Source: Podarcis tiliguerta (taxonomy: Eukaryota). From it: DNA of 64,000 bases. Positions within the stretch are counted from its first letter, which is position 1, and each line of letters starts with the position of its first letter. Made by a program: the position numbers and the translations under genes. Location of the stretch: the NCBI GenBank assembly GCA_965153285.1, contig OZ229110.1, one strand, 5' to 3'. Shown piece after piece: positions 25,181 to 38,815 of this stretch. Below the pieces are notes generated by a model. It was not told where the DNA came from. It saw nothing but the letters and a program-made list of their open reading frames with translations, and did no database searches.

Positions 25181-28100
25181 CAGCCTGCTTAAGAAACAGG
25201 TTCCTTTCCTCCCGGTAATTATTTCGTAAGCAGAATGTGGTCTAATTACTTTGTGATTAGGAAAGGGAAACACTTCACTTCAATAAAAGTAACTAGACCA
25301 GGAGGTGCCCACTTCAAAGAATCTGCACAGCAACAAAGCTTCCAACCCACCCTTTAAAGCAGCTGGCTAGAGTTCTGGTTGCCAGAGGATTTATTTGCAA
25401 GTTATGCCTGCGATTTCGCACATCATCTTTAAGCACATAAAGGTCAGATCAAGGGTCTCCTGGGACACAGGTGAGTCCTAGGAATAACTTAAGTGCAATA
25501 GCTGGTACAGACAAAGCCTTGGGTTAGAGCTGAAAAACAATGCTACAAGCTTAATGGGAAAATCACAAAGCCATGCATGTTTCAGTGACTGATGTACGCT
25601 TCCTATGACATGAGGCAGGTGTGCCATTATTATTAGTAGCAAGCATACATAACAATTAGATACTTAAGGTGCAAAAATATTATGTCACATATGACAGCTA
25701 TTGAATTTCAAATTGTTATAAAACAGCATGTCGAATTCATTTTAAAGCCTGGTGCTCTCTGTCTTTCCGGAGTTTAGATGAGCTCTGTGTTTTGTGTTTT
25801 TGTAAATCAATGCCTCCTCGTCTTTTTAGGCTATAAGGCTACAATCTGACTGCAAGGACACCCAACAGCTCCTTGTCCTTTGCCCTTCTGCCTGCGCTAT
25901 GTGACTGAGCATCCACATACCTTAAAACCATCCACCCTGTCGGCTGTTATTCAGTTGCATATCACAATTTACTTCCCATTCTCTCCTCAAACATGCAACC
26001 CGGATGAGCAACAAGATGTTTCAGCTGCCATGTCATTTCAGTTTATACATGTCTCCTCCTTTATGCATGCTCTACATCTCAACTCATGCCTCATCTCCCC
26101 CACTTTACTGCCATGGGCTACAAGTCCAGAACAAAGCTGAGTCTCAGGGTCACCGAGAACAAGGCACATGAAGAAAAACCACACGAGAGAAAATCAATGG
26201 CCACATAAAGCACTGCTGTGAAAACTCATTTTTGATGGATTTTGCAATGGTGCTTGCTGAAGTTAACAATAATTAGAAGACAACGGATGAAATATGTACT
26301 ATTGTTAACACTGTGGATGAAGCAGTGTACAGTGTAGAATGGCTAAAACTATAAACCACACACCACCTGTAACATCTGAGTGCAACTTTCAACTATTTAG
26401 ACACCTAACAGACTGCAGTGGACATCTACATTAACAAGTTGAATAAGGGATTGGGGTGCAGGGAGGGGATCCCACAAAATGTTTCTCATTGCCGCTGCTT
26501 GGAGCCTTGTTTATGTTTAGGCATATGTCACAAAATTACATAAAGCACTTTTTAAACATATATGTTTTTACTCATCAGTGAAATCTTTTAGATGCTCAGA
26601 ATCTGTGCTTACTATATCATTAACTGAATTTCCCCCCAAACATTACTCCAGAGTAGTTGCTATCTGTCCCTGTGATGGACTGCAGATACCCTCAGTCAAT
26701 TCTTTCCACTTGTTGGGAATTTTAACAGGTGCAGCCTTTCACATATACGGCCAACAGCTATGGATGATGGGAGTTGCTGTGCAGCAACATTTTGAGGCCT
26801 GCAGGTTCCTCACCTTAGATAGGAGGCTAGCACTTCCTATAATCTGACCAGGGGCACAGAACACACGTGGTGTGGTGAATTCATTATAAGGACTGTTCCA
26901 TTAGCACAAGTATTTCTGCTTCCTAGAAGGCACACTCGCCCTCTCCTCACCTTGCATGCTGCTCTGGGAGTTCTCCCAAGCCCCCAGAGCTGATGGGGGA
27001 CACATGGGGAGGGGAAGGGAGAAAGCCCCATTGCACTGCCAGTTCCTGCTAGAACAACTCGTTAGCTGAATCTGGGCTGTTGTTTATCCATTTGAAGTAA
27101 TACACATGACCCTGCTTACTATGGGGCATTTATTAACAGACCGTTTAGAACCTTAAGACAAAGCCGCACAATTAAATATTAAAGTGCCCTGTAATATCCA
27201 GTACCATTAGCATTGCCCTTTCCTACAAACTTTCTTCCTTCACACTTCGGAAGATGCTTCTGTTGGTATTTCTACTACGTTGTGAGGTTTATTGCAACAG
27301 CCTGAACAACTGACTATAAATAGTGATCTTATGATCCGAAAATAAGGTGTGAGGGCATTTTTGCACGTGACACTAATTTTTTGATCCTGTTCCCCCACTC
27401 CCATTTGTGAGCATGTGTGAATGCTGTTAATACTGAGGAATAGACCCGTTTCAATTTAAACATACATTCAACCCACTGCAGGTATTAAATTCATATTATT
27501 GACTGGGTTTCTGTCACGTTTATAAAAAAAAATCCAGTAAAAAACAAATTGTTGAGCAGCTATTTCTTTTGGTGCTCTTATGGGGTCCCCTGAAAGACAG
27601 GAGTGAATCAACGGGTTCAAAGGCTTCACAAGTCTTGGATCTGAGCAACAATGCATGCAGATTTTACAAAACAGAGCTACTGAACAAACTGCCATAGGAT
27701 ATACAACATCCAGCATGTTCCACGGTATTTAAATTACAGCTTCATATGGCCAACCCACCCTTTCCCTCATCTCTCAGATCCCCATATGGATTTGGCAGCC
27801 TAGTTTAAAAGTATAAGTAGACATAAGTGGAAATAGTGGGTACTTCAGTGGATGAGGCAATAGATAATGGCCAATAGAAAACTAGGGTTCTTTTAACAGA
27901 AATTACTGAGCAGGACATCTATCAGATTAAATAAGTTCAGGAAGGAGCGTGTATTGGATAGATTCTAGAAGGAACAGAAGAACAGAAGAACATGGTATCT
28001 TATAAGAGGAGATATAAGGAAGAGTTACTGTGAGGAAGAAGGCAAAGTATAAGTCCATGATTAAGCCTTTTATCCCAGCCTGCCAAATCCACATTGAACC

Positions 28101-31100
28101 CATACTGGTTTTTGGAATTTTGCTTGGTAGGTTGAGCACATCTCTATAGAAAAATCACCATGGAGCCCCTTAAATCAATGTATTCTCACCATTCATTATT
28201 TATTACAGTTTTAGTTTCAGGTTTCGAAAACAATTAAGGAGAGCGTTTAGTATGAAAATTACCGTAATTGCTTGCTAATTGAGGTTATCTGCTTCACATT
28301 ATTCAAAAAGCAAATTGTGTTGACACTTGTACCCAGAAATGATTACTTAATAAACAAAGTCAGAATGCATCACAAATAAAACACGGCTGTCTGCTGATGG
28401 CTACATTTATCTGGTATGAACCGTTCCCAGGAAAGATGTTAGGGAAGATGTCTTTCCATTGTTTAAACTCACAATTACAACTGAAAGACTATCTTCCTGG
28501 ATTCCAGTACATGGTACATTTCACACAGTAATCAGGTAAGGGAATTCGTATTCACAGACAGTAAAAATGACCAAATTAAAAGTTTGAACACTTTATATTC
28601 CCATGCCTCTCATAGTGCCTCTTCTTTCAGAGCTGAGTTCTACAGTACATTATATGACCAAACATGTTTCTGACTTCAGAATCACCTTTGTCAATCAAAC
28701 TTCAAAGAAGAGATTCCTCATTTTGATCATCCACTGATCAAACATTATTTCATCAAGATAAAATTTAGGGATCTGATCTTAGGAGGAAGCTTTTTTTCCA
28801 ATTTGAGCAAAAGCCAGATTTGTAATTCCAAGAAGGGCAATACTTAGAAGGGTAATACCATACATACATAGTATACCCCATTGTACATCAAAGCTTGTTT
28901 GTTTAGACATTTTAATATGTTTTTTTAAAAACAGAGCACTGCACCGGAACACGTGAACATCAAAAATCCAGTGGCTAACTTAAGTTCTGATCCACACATT
29001 AGGCCAGTTACCCAGTAGATGAGAGGTACATTCTTAGGAATTTACAAAGACTGAATTCTTCAAGAACCCCTATATGTGATTTTCATCAGAAATGCAGAAT
29101 TACAAAAGTATTGTTCTTTTCATTTAAAAAACTAAGTTGCTTTTGAGTGTTTTTCTTTCTCTTTCAACAGTTAAAAGGTGTCTGAAATTACATAGTGTTC
29201 TCTTTCATTAGGACTCTAGAGCTGAGAAGCAGCATTTTACTTTGATATTAACAAAGATATCTTAACCAGAACCACAAAAGCCCTACTTTGGGTCCCATGG
29301 CACCTGAAAATCTGACTAAGGTTTCAGAAGATCCCATTGAATTCTGTTGGGCTTTACTCTGAGTACCCCAGGATATGTCCTTACAAACGGAATGGCTGTC
29401 ATTCATTCCTAAAGGAGAAATTAAAGTTCTGCAATTGGGGGAAAAGTTGCAGTGGGGATAAGATGTGTCTATCATTCAACAAACTTGGTAGTTAGCCATT
29501 ACCAATGCAGACACTATGGATGGGAACACAGGCCCATAGTTACCTGCCTAAAGGCAGTCACAGCAGCTCTATAGCAGATGAACAGTGTGTTTATGATTCC
29601 CTTCCCTCTCCCCTCTGAAAAACTGGATTCAAAAGAGGAAGGTGGAAGCTGTCATTTCATACACACAAACTGAGCACAGTTTTGATTCAGGAGCAGGGAA
29701 AACATTCCTCACTCCCTTTTCAGGTATAAACTGAATAATTGCGGCTTTGCCTAGAGGAGCACAAGCTAATAAATCCTGTTTAAAATTGGACTTTGAGTTG
29801 TTTTATTAAACAGATCTATTAATACTTGGCTTGCAGTTCATGGCTGGTATATGATGTTGCAATGAAGAGCTATCAAAGGTGATTATCAACCCCCTCCACA
29901 CCCTGTGTTAACATTTTCTGACTATTAAGCTGCTCACTTTGTGGAGACAATCGTTAGTGTCTTTAATGTGAAACAAAAGCTTCCGGATAAGAGCTACTGG
30001 TTGAAGATCAAATAAGCAAGACATCATTTCAGTTACAACTTCAATAACTGCAACCATGGGCAGCCACACTTTGTGCATTAATGCAGTTTAGAATTTATCA
30101 GGCACAAATATTTTGTAGTCGCTGCTGGGGGGGGTTAAAAGTATCACAAGTTTCTGATAGATAAAATAGTGTTTCAAAGTTCCATCAGCCACCATAATAT
30201 CAGGCAAGGAGCTACACAGACAAAACTTGATATACACAAAGTTGCTGCAGCATTCTACGTTCATCGCTTGATGGCTCCATCATCAGACAACAACTACCAT
30301 GTGTGAACAAGCAATTACAAATCAAACCAGCATAATTTTCCTGTCACTTCAAACAATATTTTTCAGTGGAGTCAGTTCATGCATTCAAGTGCTGACTGAA
30401 ATGGATTCAGGTGCTGACTGTACCTCTAAACTGAGGCTTAGATATTTTTCTAATGTTAACATACAGATTCATGTTGGGATGAATGATGCAGTGCCCTCCA
30501 TATAAGTGGCCAGGCACTGTGCACTTCCCCTCAGGTCTACACATACCCCTACAGTTTTCAGCTGTACTTTTAGGATTGTACATATAAACCCTATAGGAAG
30601 GGGAGTGCTGGTTCTCACAAATTACATCTCTGAATCATAGGACTTAGTTGTGAGCTCACTACAGCCAATACCCCACTGCTGCATACATGTTCAGGTGAAC
30701 TGTGACCCAAATCAATAATTACTTTTAAAAATGTATATACAGTGACCTATTACATTTTAATAAAAAAATGACTGCTTTAGGCAGAAGCAACATTTGATTA
30801 TTCTTTGTCTATGGCAAGCAACACTCTTAATGCCTGTTGTAATTTAAGTTGTGTAAAGTAGAATTGACAAGCTCTGCAGTCTATGTTATTAGGCTCTGTG
30901 AAAAAAGTACACATCTCCCTTCATTATATCTTTATTGCCATCATTTTGTTAAAAGTGGTCTATACATATATACACGCATGGTTAAAAGAATCTGTTTTCT
31001 TTACTTCTCCTGTCACGTTGAGTTGGGTCACTTTGTGCCACATGATGTGATGTAATGTAACTCAATGCAAGGAGACACATGTCCCTTCTCATTGGGAATT

Positions 31101-33544
31101 TAAAGAAACAGAGCTTTCTTTTCCCCTGTGGGAAACTAAGCAGGTCAGGTGCCCAAAACTAGCTGTGGGAAATTTGATCAAATCTTCTCAGTTTCAGTAC
31201 CTACATATTTCGAATCTAATAGCACTTTGAGCATGACATGTACATGGAAGGGAGCTGATTGCCCCAATTTTAACAAAATAATACAAATGTAACAGAATGT
31301 GTATTCTTCAGTGCCACCACTCCTCTGAGCAGTATTTTCTATATGTATTTAGCATTGCAATTCCTCCACTTCAAACAGATGCTTATAAAGAATTTGCAGT
31401 ATGTCTTAGTAATCATGCAGACCTTGAGAAAAGCAACAGGAGTTATTTAAAAAGTAAAATACATCACCTTCACAAAGCTCAGGTTTTACAGGTGTTGTCC
31501 CTTGCTTTTCTCATAATGAATACATGAAGGTAAGGAAGCCTAAGAGATAATGAAGCAGCTTCACAGCTGAGGTGAAATTTGAACTCAGGTGGTTCAAATC
31601 CAGCCACTTATCTACTACAGAACACCAGCACTTTCAGAACCATGGTGACCTGTATTATTCTTCAAATCATGGTTACCATAAGATAGTTTTGGAAGTGTAC
31701 TGCTTTACTTCACAGTGTGTAATACAAAGTTTACACACAGTTATTACAATTATTGTTTCTAGGAATGTGTAATGGACCCACACATAGAGTTTGGGGTTCC
31801 ATTTAGAGTTATTTGTACCCCAGTGGTCACAGCTCTCCTTAAAACACATGTATATTTCAAGATACAACTTCATTTCTGTGATATCCTTGGTAAGAGGGCT
31901 GTATAAACTATGCTTAATAAGAAATTATGAGATAGAAATAATAAAAAATAACAATTTCAGATGAGGAAAAGCTAAAAGCAAAATGAACAACTCAAAAGCC
32001 CACAACCCTGTTTATTTACTTGTACAGCAAGCACCGTGTTTGCTGATAACAAACAACAAACATTCATCTAAAAAATTGTTTTCCTTGAGTTTTACTGTTC
32101 AGAGATGCTGCTGTTTATCAGTTTTTAATATACTCTTTGGAAATTGATGTGTACTTTACCCAGTCTTTTAAAAGAACCAAGAGATTCAAAGGCAGGGTAA
32201 AATACTTTCATGATTCCCCAAAGAAAACTGAGAGGGCAATTAAACAGATGGTAGCAATAAACTCACTTCTAGCACGTCAGGGAATAGGGTCCCTTATTAA
32301 AAGCCTAGCACAATGAAAGCAGGAACAAAACTCCAGGGGAACATTTTTCCTCTAGCCCATACCTTTCAACCAGGTTGTACATAAGGAACAAGATCTCTTT
32401 AGAGAACTGCTTTCATACCAAAGGAAGATTTTGAAGTAGCTCCACCTCCAGATTGCCAAGCTAAAAGCCAACATGAATGTTTAAGAGCCCCTTAAGATCT
32501 GGGAGTTGCAAAGCAAGGGTGTCTAGCCCAGAATGCATGTGCTGCAGTCAAAGCCTGAAATCAAAGGACTTAAGAATTTAGATTATGACCAAGCAATGAA
32601 GCCATATTGAGGGGGCATGCATGCCCTCATTTTATCAATAGCCTCTTTGCCAAGTTGAGAAACATGGTTTTCCTGCTTGAAGCTCAGTAAAGGGGGCGTG
32701 GGGTGAACGAGACCACGACAAAATGAAACACAAAATAGACACATCCTTAACACATGTCAGCTCTCAGCAATGTTTCACTGTGGAAAACAACACTGAAGCC
32801 AGGTGCCTCGATGCAGAGGGCTTTTGATACCAGGGATGCCACGATTCCATTAAAATGCTAAGGAAAAAAGTTGGAAAGGAGAAAACACAGTAGATGAGTA
32901 TCTTTTTTCTAGGCATCAGGCACGTTAATAGATGTCTATCATAACTATCTGTGTTGGCATCTTTTCTAAGGTACGTGTGCACGACAAATGAGGGGTGAAC
33001 TGAAGAGCGCAATTTGCATACTAACATGCCACAAACTTAGATTTAAAAATAAATAAATAAGAAAAGTAGAAACCTACCAACTATATGAGCCATTTCATGT
33101 ATGCAACTCTATTTATTCTCTCTCATATTGGCTTCAAAAGGAAGGTAGTTCAGCTGCACTGTGGACCATGGAGCTCATGGAGGTAGCCTGCCATTTCTGA
33201 TATTGTTTGGCATTTTATTTTCTAGATTTGGTTTCTCATTCATCGGCACAGGTGAGCAAGGAATTCAAGGTGTAGGAAGTCACCGTCAGGTTCTACTCGG
33301 ACTCTTCAGTTAGGTCCAAATTTTACTCAAGACTTCAGTCAATCTGCTTTTTATAGAAGACTTCACTGGTACGGTAACAAAAAATAATAATATCTGACTG
33401 GCACAAGCAAGCACTTTTGCAGCAGGAAAGGAAGCAAGTTGAATATTGGCTTCACCTGTAATCTCTAATGCTGCTCTGCCCCCTTGTGCTGCTGTAGTGA
33501 ACTTGACAGAAAAGCAGCTTGGCTGTCTTTGTACATGAAACCCA

Positions 33545-33579
33545 CTCTCTCTCACACACACATACGCACACACATACAC
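33545..33579. repeat. Compound (CT)n/(CA)n microsatellite
   Basis: ctctctctcacacacacatacgcacacacatacaca. Confidence 0.8.
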
Positions 33580-34530
33580 AAAGCCACTGTCACTTCTCAC
33601 TGTTCTGGCAAGTTCAAGGTCAGTGCCTAGCTATTTTCAGCTCATCTCTTCTTGATCCATTCAGAGAGATGACAAGGTAACGTGATTTGGGGTCAGCTGT
33701 ATTACAGGAACCGTTACATAAAGGGAGAAAGTAGAAATCAATCCTAGCTGACAGTGTCTTCAGGATAATCAGCGCTCACTCCATGCCGCTGTCAGCTTCC
33801 CTGCATCAAACACCATGTTACTTCTGTCAGATCTTTTTAACAGAACCATATTCTCACTTTTGGCAAAGTAAATAAATATTTCACTTGGGCTTGCATTAAA
33901 TTCATTGTTGGGGAACTTTACCACCTTGGCCTCTTCCAACAAACCCCCCATTACATTTGTTAGAAAAACATATTCTCTCAATATGTAAATTCTTAGCCGT
34001 GGCCATTTGTTAATAAGAGACGATGGGGGAACGATGCAGTGTTTTTTTTAGGGGGGGTGTCTTCTTTTATACTTTCCCTTTTCAATCCTCTCCCCCCGCA
34101 ACCACAGCCACTTTTCCTCCAACTACATCTGCTTCTCGAAACGTTTGCCTAAACGATGCTCATCGCTGCGCCGATTCTATTAAGGTTTTGCCGTAATGTT
34201 TTAAGACACCTTTCTCAATTTGTTTGATTACGATCCCTCTCCCTGAGCCATTTCCTCCCTGCAACTAGACATCTTCTTCTGTGCGGAATTATGAACATAT
34301 CATTTCACAAGATGGGCTGCAGTTTAGTGGCGTTTCAGCGACAGCACATGGTATGTCAGTTTAGGGGAAAGAGCTGCTATTCCATCCCACCCACCTTGTG
34401 CTCCCATGAAACTGCCAAAGCCTGCAGTACTTCTCGGAAGAGCAATTTACCATAATATTAGTTGTCAGTAAATTCAAAGACAGAGCTCCTAAAGCCATAA
34501 AATGGATTAGAAGCCATTTTTTGAAAGAAT

Positions 34531-34975
34531 NNNNNNNNNNNNNNNNNNNNNNNNNNNNNNNNNNNNNNNNNNNNNNNNNNNNNNNNNNNNNNNNNNNNNN
34601 NNNNNNNNNNNNNNNNNNNNNNNNNNNNNNNNNNNNNNNNNNNNNNNNNNNNNNNNNNNNNNNNNNNNNNNNNNNNNNNNNNNNNNNNNNNNNNNNNNNN
34701 NNNNNNNNNNNNNNNNNNNNNNNNNNNNNNNNNNNNNNNNNNNNNNNNNNNNNNNNNNNNNNNNNNNNNNNNNNNNNNNNNNNNNNNNNNNNNNNNNNNN
34801 NNNNNNNNNNNNNNNNNNNNNNNNNNNNNNNNNNNNNNNNNNNNNNNNNNNNNNNNNNNNNNNNNNNNNNNNNNNNNNNNNNNNNNNNNNNNNNNNNNNN
34901 NNNNNNNNNNNNNNNNNNNNNNNNNNNNNNNNNNNNNNNNNNNNNNNNNNNNNNNNNNNNNNNNNNNNNNNNNNN
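34531..34975. other. N-run (445 nt), assembly gap or masked segment
   Basis: Run of n characters. Confidence 0.99.
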
Positions 34976-36389
34976 AAGTATCCCCTCGTACATTTGTGGC
35001 AGCATTCAATCGGCAGTGAATTATAAACGAATTTAGCTAAGTTCAAGTTTAAAATTGCGGCAACATAGTGTGATCACTAATGTGCAGAGTTGCATCCTCC
35101 TTTGAAGTGCAAGGATCTAAGCAGAAGTAGTAAACTTTCAGGACCTTTGGCAAGACTAATTTGTACTTGGTAAATAGACTAAAATATTTTCACAGCATGA
35201 CATGTCAGAACATAGGGGATAGGGGAGAGCCTGGAAATTTTCAAAACGTTTGATCCAATCTATGCATTCTATTTGATAAAATAAAATAAAAATAAAAATG
35301 ATGGTGGTGACGGAGCAGCCATCCCAGCTCACACAGTATTTCATCTAGTTTTCATCATACTGCCTAACCTTTCTATCAAGGGGTTGGAGTAAATTAAATC
35401 TGGCTTTCAAAAATTGTACTGAAGATTTCTCTTCTATGAAACACCATTAGAGTGTTTTCCAGCAAATTAGATGGATAAAACTATAGGGGGGGGGCAATTT
35501 ACAATGGAGGGGAATTTTAATTTGACGCCTTTCTCATCCTTATTTCCAGTTACCTGAAACTTGCTCCAACAGGCTAGGAAAAGGGACGGATACTGAGCAC
35601 AGTTATTTTACCAATAACATATAGCATATCAATAAAATAGGAGAATCTCAGTATTAGAAAAAAACGTAGCAAAATACACAGAAGATGCCTAGCCCAAAAG
35701 AAATGAGCTTAGACGTGTCTAACTCTGCATATGAATCAAGCTATGTGTCTTAAGTATTAAGATAATCACTGCTAGAAAAACAGGAAAGGAAGAAATTACT
35801 GGCCAGGGAAAGAACAACAAAGTGTGATTCTTATCAAACTGAACCAAATGCTCAGATTGCTATGATTTCATACTAGCTTCCCCATCACCCTTACCCCACT
35901 TCTCCAAAACCAGAATTCAGCCCACTGCCCTTCAAAGTAAGAATGCAAACAACCAGCTGTCCAGATGAGCTCTTTTGCCTTCTCTTACTTGGCACCAGGC
36001 CTAAGTTTACACATGATGCAGAATGTGGTAGCAGAATGCATGGAAAATGGCAGCAGTATGGGCAGTAGCCTCACTTCACGATTTCCTGTATTAACAACTC
36101 CCTGCAAATAGGAAGCCAGCACAGCTGGCAATGGGCTGGGCCTTTCTTCCTGATAATGCTAGTTTCAGTTTGCAGGGAGAATTTTGTTTTATGTGGGAAT
36201 ATTCAAAATTGGTGTCCCTCAGCTGTAGTCTAAGGTGACACAGTCCTTTATACCACCTCAGCAGTTTTAGAGACTCATTCTGCTGTTTGCCTTAGCATTC
36301 CGTGCCACGTACCATGGACAATTTCACCATATCAAGGTCATACCTGTGGTAAAATGATCATCCATATTGACTTATACGTAGATGTTCTT

Positions 36390-36826
36390 TAGAATCATAG
36401 AGTTGGAAGGGACCCAAGGGTCATCTAGTCCAACCCTCTGCAATCTCAGCTAAAGCATCCATGACAGAAGGCCATCTAACCTCTGTTTAAAAACCTCCAA
36501 GGAAGGAGAGGCCACCACTTCTCATGGGAGTCTGTTCCACTGCTCAACACCTCTGTCAGAAAGTTTTTTCGAATGTTTGGTCAGGATCTTCTTTCTTGTA
36601 ACCTGAAGCCATTGGTTCAAGTTCTACTCTCCAGAGCAGGAGGAAACAATCATGCTCTCTCTTCCATGTGACAGCCCTTAATATATTTGAAGATGGCTAT
36701 CATATCTCCTCTCAGTCTCCTCTTTTCCAGGCTAAACATATGCAGCTCCTTCAAGCGCTCCTCATAAGGCTTAGTTTCCAGACCCTTGATTATCTTGGTT
36801 GCCCTCCTCTGCACACATTCCAGCTT
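36390..36826 (-). mobile_element. CR1 LINE, 5'-truncated 3' fragment
   Basis: Encodes [42 protein letters not shown] (CR1 ORF2 C-terminus), followed by the CR1 3'UTR and ATTCTA tail. 11-bp TSD TAGATGTTCTT at 36379-36389 and 36827-36837. Confidence 0.95.
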
Positions 36827-37348
36827 TAGATGTTCTTCAAGCTGTATGGGAGCCACTTATTCATATCTGCCTCCTGTACAGGCAGGATAATATCTAAATG
36901 ACCCCATACCATGGGGGCATAGTCTGATTATATGGTTCTTTTTTTTCTATAGAATCAGCACCATTCCTACATGGCTGGGCTACTGAAATGCTCTTGTAGC
37001 CACAAAAGAACTGCTCGTGAATAAGTAATTTTTATGCAGCTGGAAAATACCTAAAGAACACCATATATCTATAACCTCAATCCCGCTAAAGTTAGAAGTA
37101 AATCCATCCAAACTGGATTTACATTAGCACCTTATTGCTTTGATTTATATTTTGACTCGGGCATCCTTTACAGTGAAAAGTTTCATATTATAATCATGCT
37201 GTAGAAGTCACTTTTCTATGGGTTCATCCTGTGCCCCTGAATTCACATACCTACTACTACTACATCAGTGGGGTCTCACCAGTTGTGGTTTGTGGCTTTT
37301 AGCATTAAAGCCATAATGCGACAGGAATGAACACATAAAAAAGCAGCT

Positions 37349-37362
37349 CCACCAGGGGGCTG
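37349..37362 (+). promoter_or_regulatory. Candidate CTCF binding motif
   Basis: CCACCAGGGGGCTG matches the CTCF core consensus CCASYAGRKGGC exactly over 12 nt. Motif only. Confidence 0.45.
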
Positions 37363-37731
37363 TAACATGGAAAGCAAATGGGGGGGGGGGCGGAGACTCA
37401 ACTTCATCTGGATTAGAGACAAGGTTTCCTGAACAAAACCTAAACTCACTGATTAGTTTACGTCAGCTTTCTTACATTGGGGAGGGGGGAGAGAGTGTAC
37501 ATGATCATGTGTGAAGTACTATGTCAGTGTTCCTTTTGCCATGAGTTCAAGCACAAAGAAACTACTCAACACCTATGGTGCAGCACTGTGTGAAGTTGAC
37601 CTCAAAAATGTAAGACTTGCAGATGAAGCTGTATCTGTGTTGCCCTCAAAACATCCCACCAGGTGAGACTTTTTTCAGAATAATTAGCTGATAGGAGAAT
37701 AGTCAAAATCTCACTCTGAATACTGTGCTTT

Positions 37732-38370
37732 ATAGAATTGTAGAACTGGAAGGGATCCCAGAGGCCATCTAGACCAACCCCCTGCAATGCAGAAATCTCA
37801 ACTAGATCATATATGGCAGATGGCCATCCAACCTCCAAGGAAGAGTCTACCACCTCTTGTGGGAGTCTGTTCCACTGTTGAACAGCTCTTACTGTCAGAA
37901 AGGTATTCCTGATGCTTAGTCAGAATCTCCTTTCCTCTAACTTGAATCCATTGGTTTGAGTCTTACCCTCCAAGCAGGAGAAAACAAGACTGCCACATCT
38001 CTCATGTGAGAGCAGTTTAGATACTGAAGATGGCTATCATATCTCCTCTCAGTCTCCTCTTTTCCAGGCTAAACCTATCCAGCTCCTTCAACCATTCCTC
38101 ATAAGGTTTGGTTTCCAGAACCTTGATCATCTGGGTCCTCCTCCTCTTTACACCTTCCAACTTGTCAACATCCTTCTTAAATTGTGTTGCCGAGAACTCA
38201 ACACAGTACTCCCGGTGTGGTCTGAACAAGGCAGAAGAAAGAAAGACCATTACTTCTCTTGATTGGGACATTATACTTCTTATAAAAGCATTGACTCATG
38301 CTAAGCTTGTGATCCAATAAGACCCATATATCCTTTTCACAAACCAGGTGTCCCCCATTCTATATTTGTG
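37732..38370 (-). mobile_element. CR1 LINE 3' fragment
   Basis: ORF 38017-38271 reads [67 protein letters not shown], a decayed CR1 ORF2. It has the same 3'UTR as the 36390 copy. Confidence 0.93.
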
Positions 38371-38387
38371 CAGGGGATCAAATGTGC

Positions 38388-38543
38388 CTCCCCAGGATAG
38401 CTCAGTTGGTTAGGGCATAGTGCTGATAATGCTAAGGTTGCAGGTTCAATCCCCATATGGGACAGTGGCATATTCCTGCACTGCAGGAGGCTGGGCTAGA
38501 TGATCCTCAGAGTCCCTTCCAACTCTACAATTCTATGTTTCTA
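38388..38543 (+). mobile_element. tRNA(Ile)-like SINE with CR1-derived 3' tail
   Basis: Head gatagctcagttggttagggcatagtgctgataatgctaaggttgcaggttcaatcccc carries A and B boxes. The tail ttcctgcactgcagg...ctagatgatcctc...cccttccaactctacaattctatg matches the CR1 3' ends in this window. Confidence 0.85.
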
Positions 38544-38815
38544 GGCCTGTCTACCTGAACCTTAGAACTTTCTCCAGGCCACACCCCTCACTGGTCCTGC
38601 TTTGCACCCCAAGTGTTTTTGCCCGGCTGGAATTTGTACTTGACTTTTGCTTCCTGAATATAGTATAGAAAGGAGTGTTTAGACAGGGTTGTTTGCTCCA
38701 TACACTTTAGCCTCTGGCCCTGCCCACCACTGGCATGTGGCCATCAGAAGGCTACCTAGCCTTAAGTTTGAAAAGGGCCCTGCCCACCACCACTGATCTA
38801 AAACATTATTGGCAT

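Noticed and set aside
33078-33243. Possible alternative coding first exon (ATG at 33243, donor TTG|gtaggt at 33078)
   Set aside because: All frames hit stops or end out of phase with the phase-0 exon at 17250. A non-coding exon cannot be excluded but is unsupported.
34361-35046. Long ORFs of 171-216 aa in the track (here and at 43159-43809)
   Set aside because: Artefacts of translating through the N-runs.
38388-38465. Possible tRNA-Ile gene
   Set aside because: The stems are degraded and it is fused directly to a CR1-type tail, so it is a SINE head.
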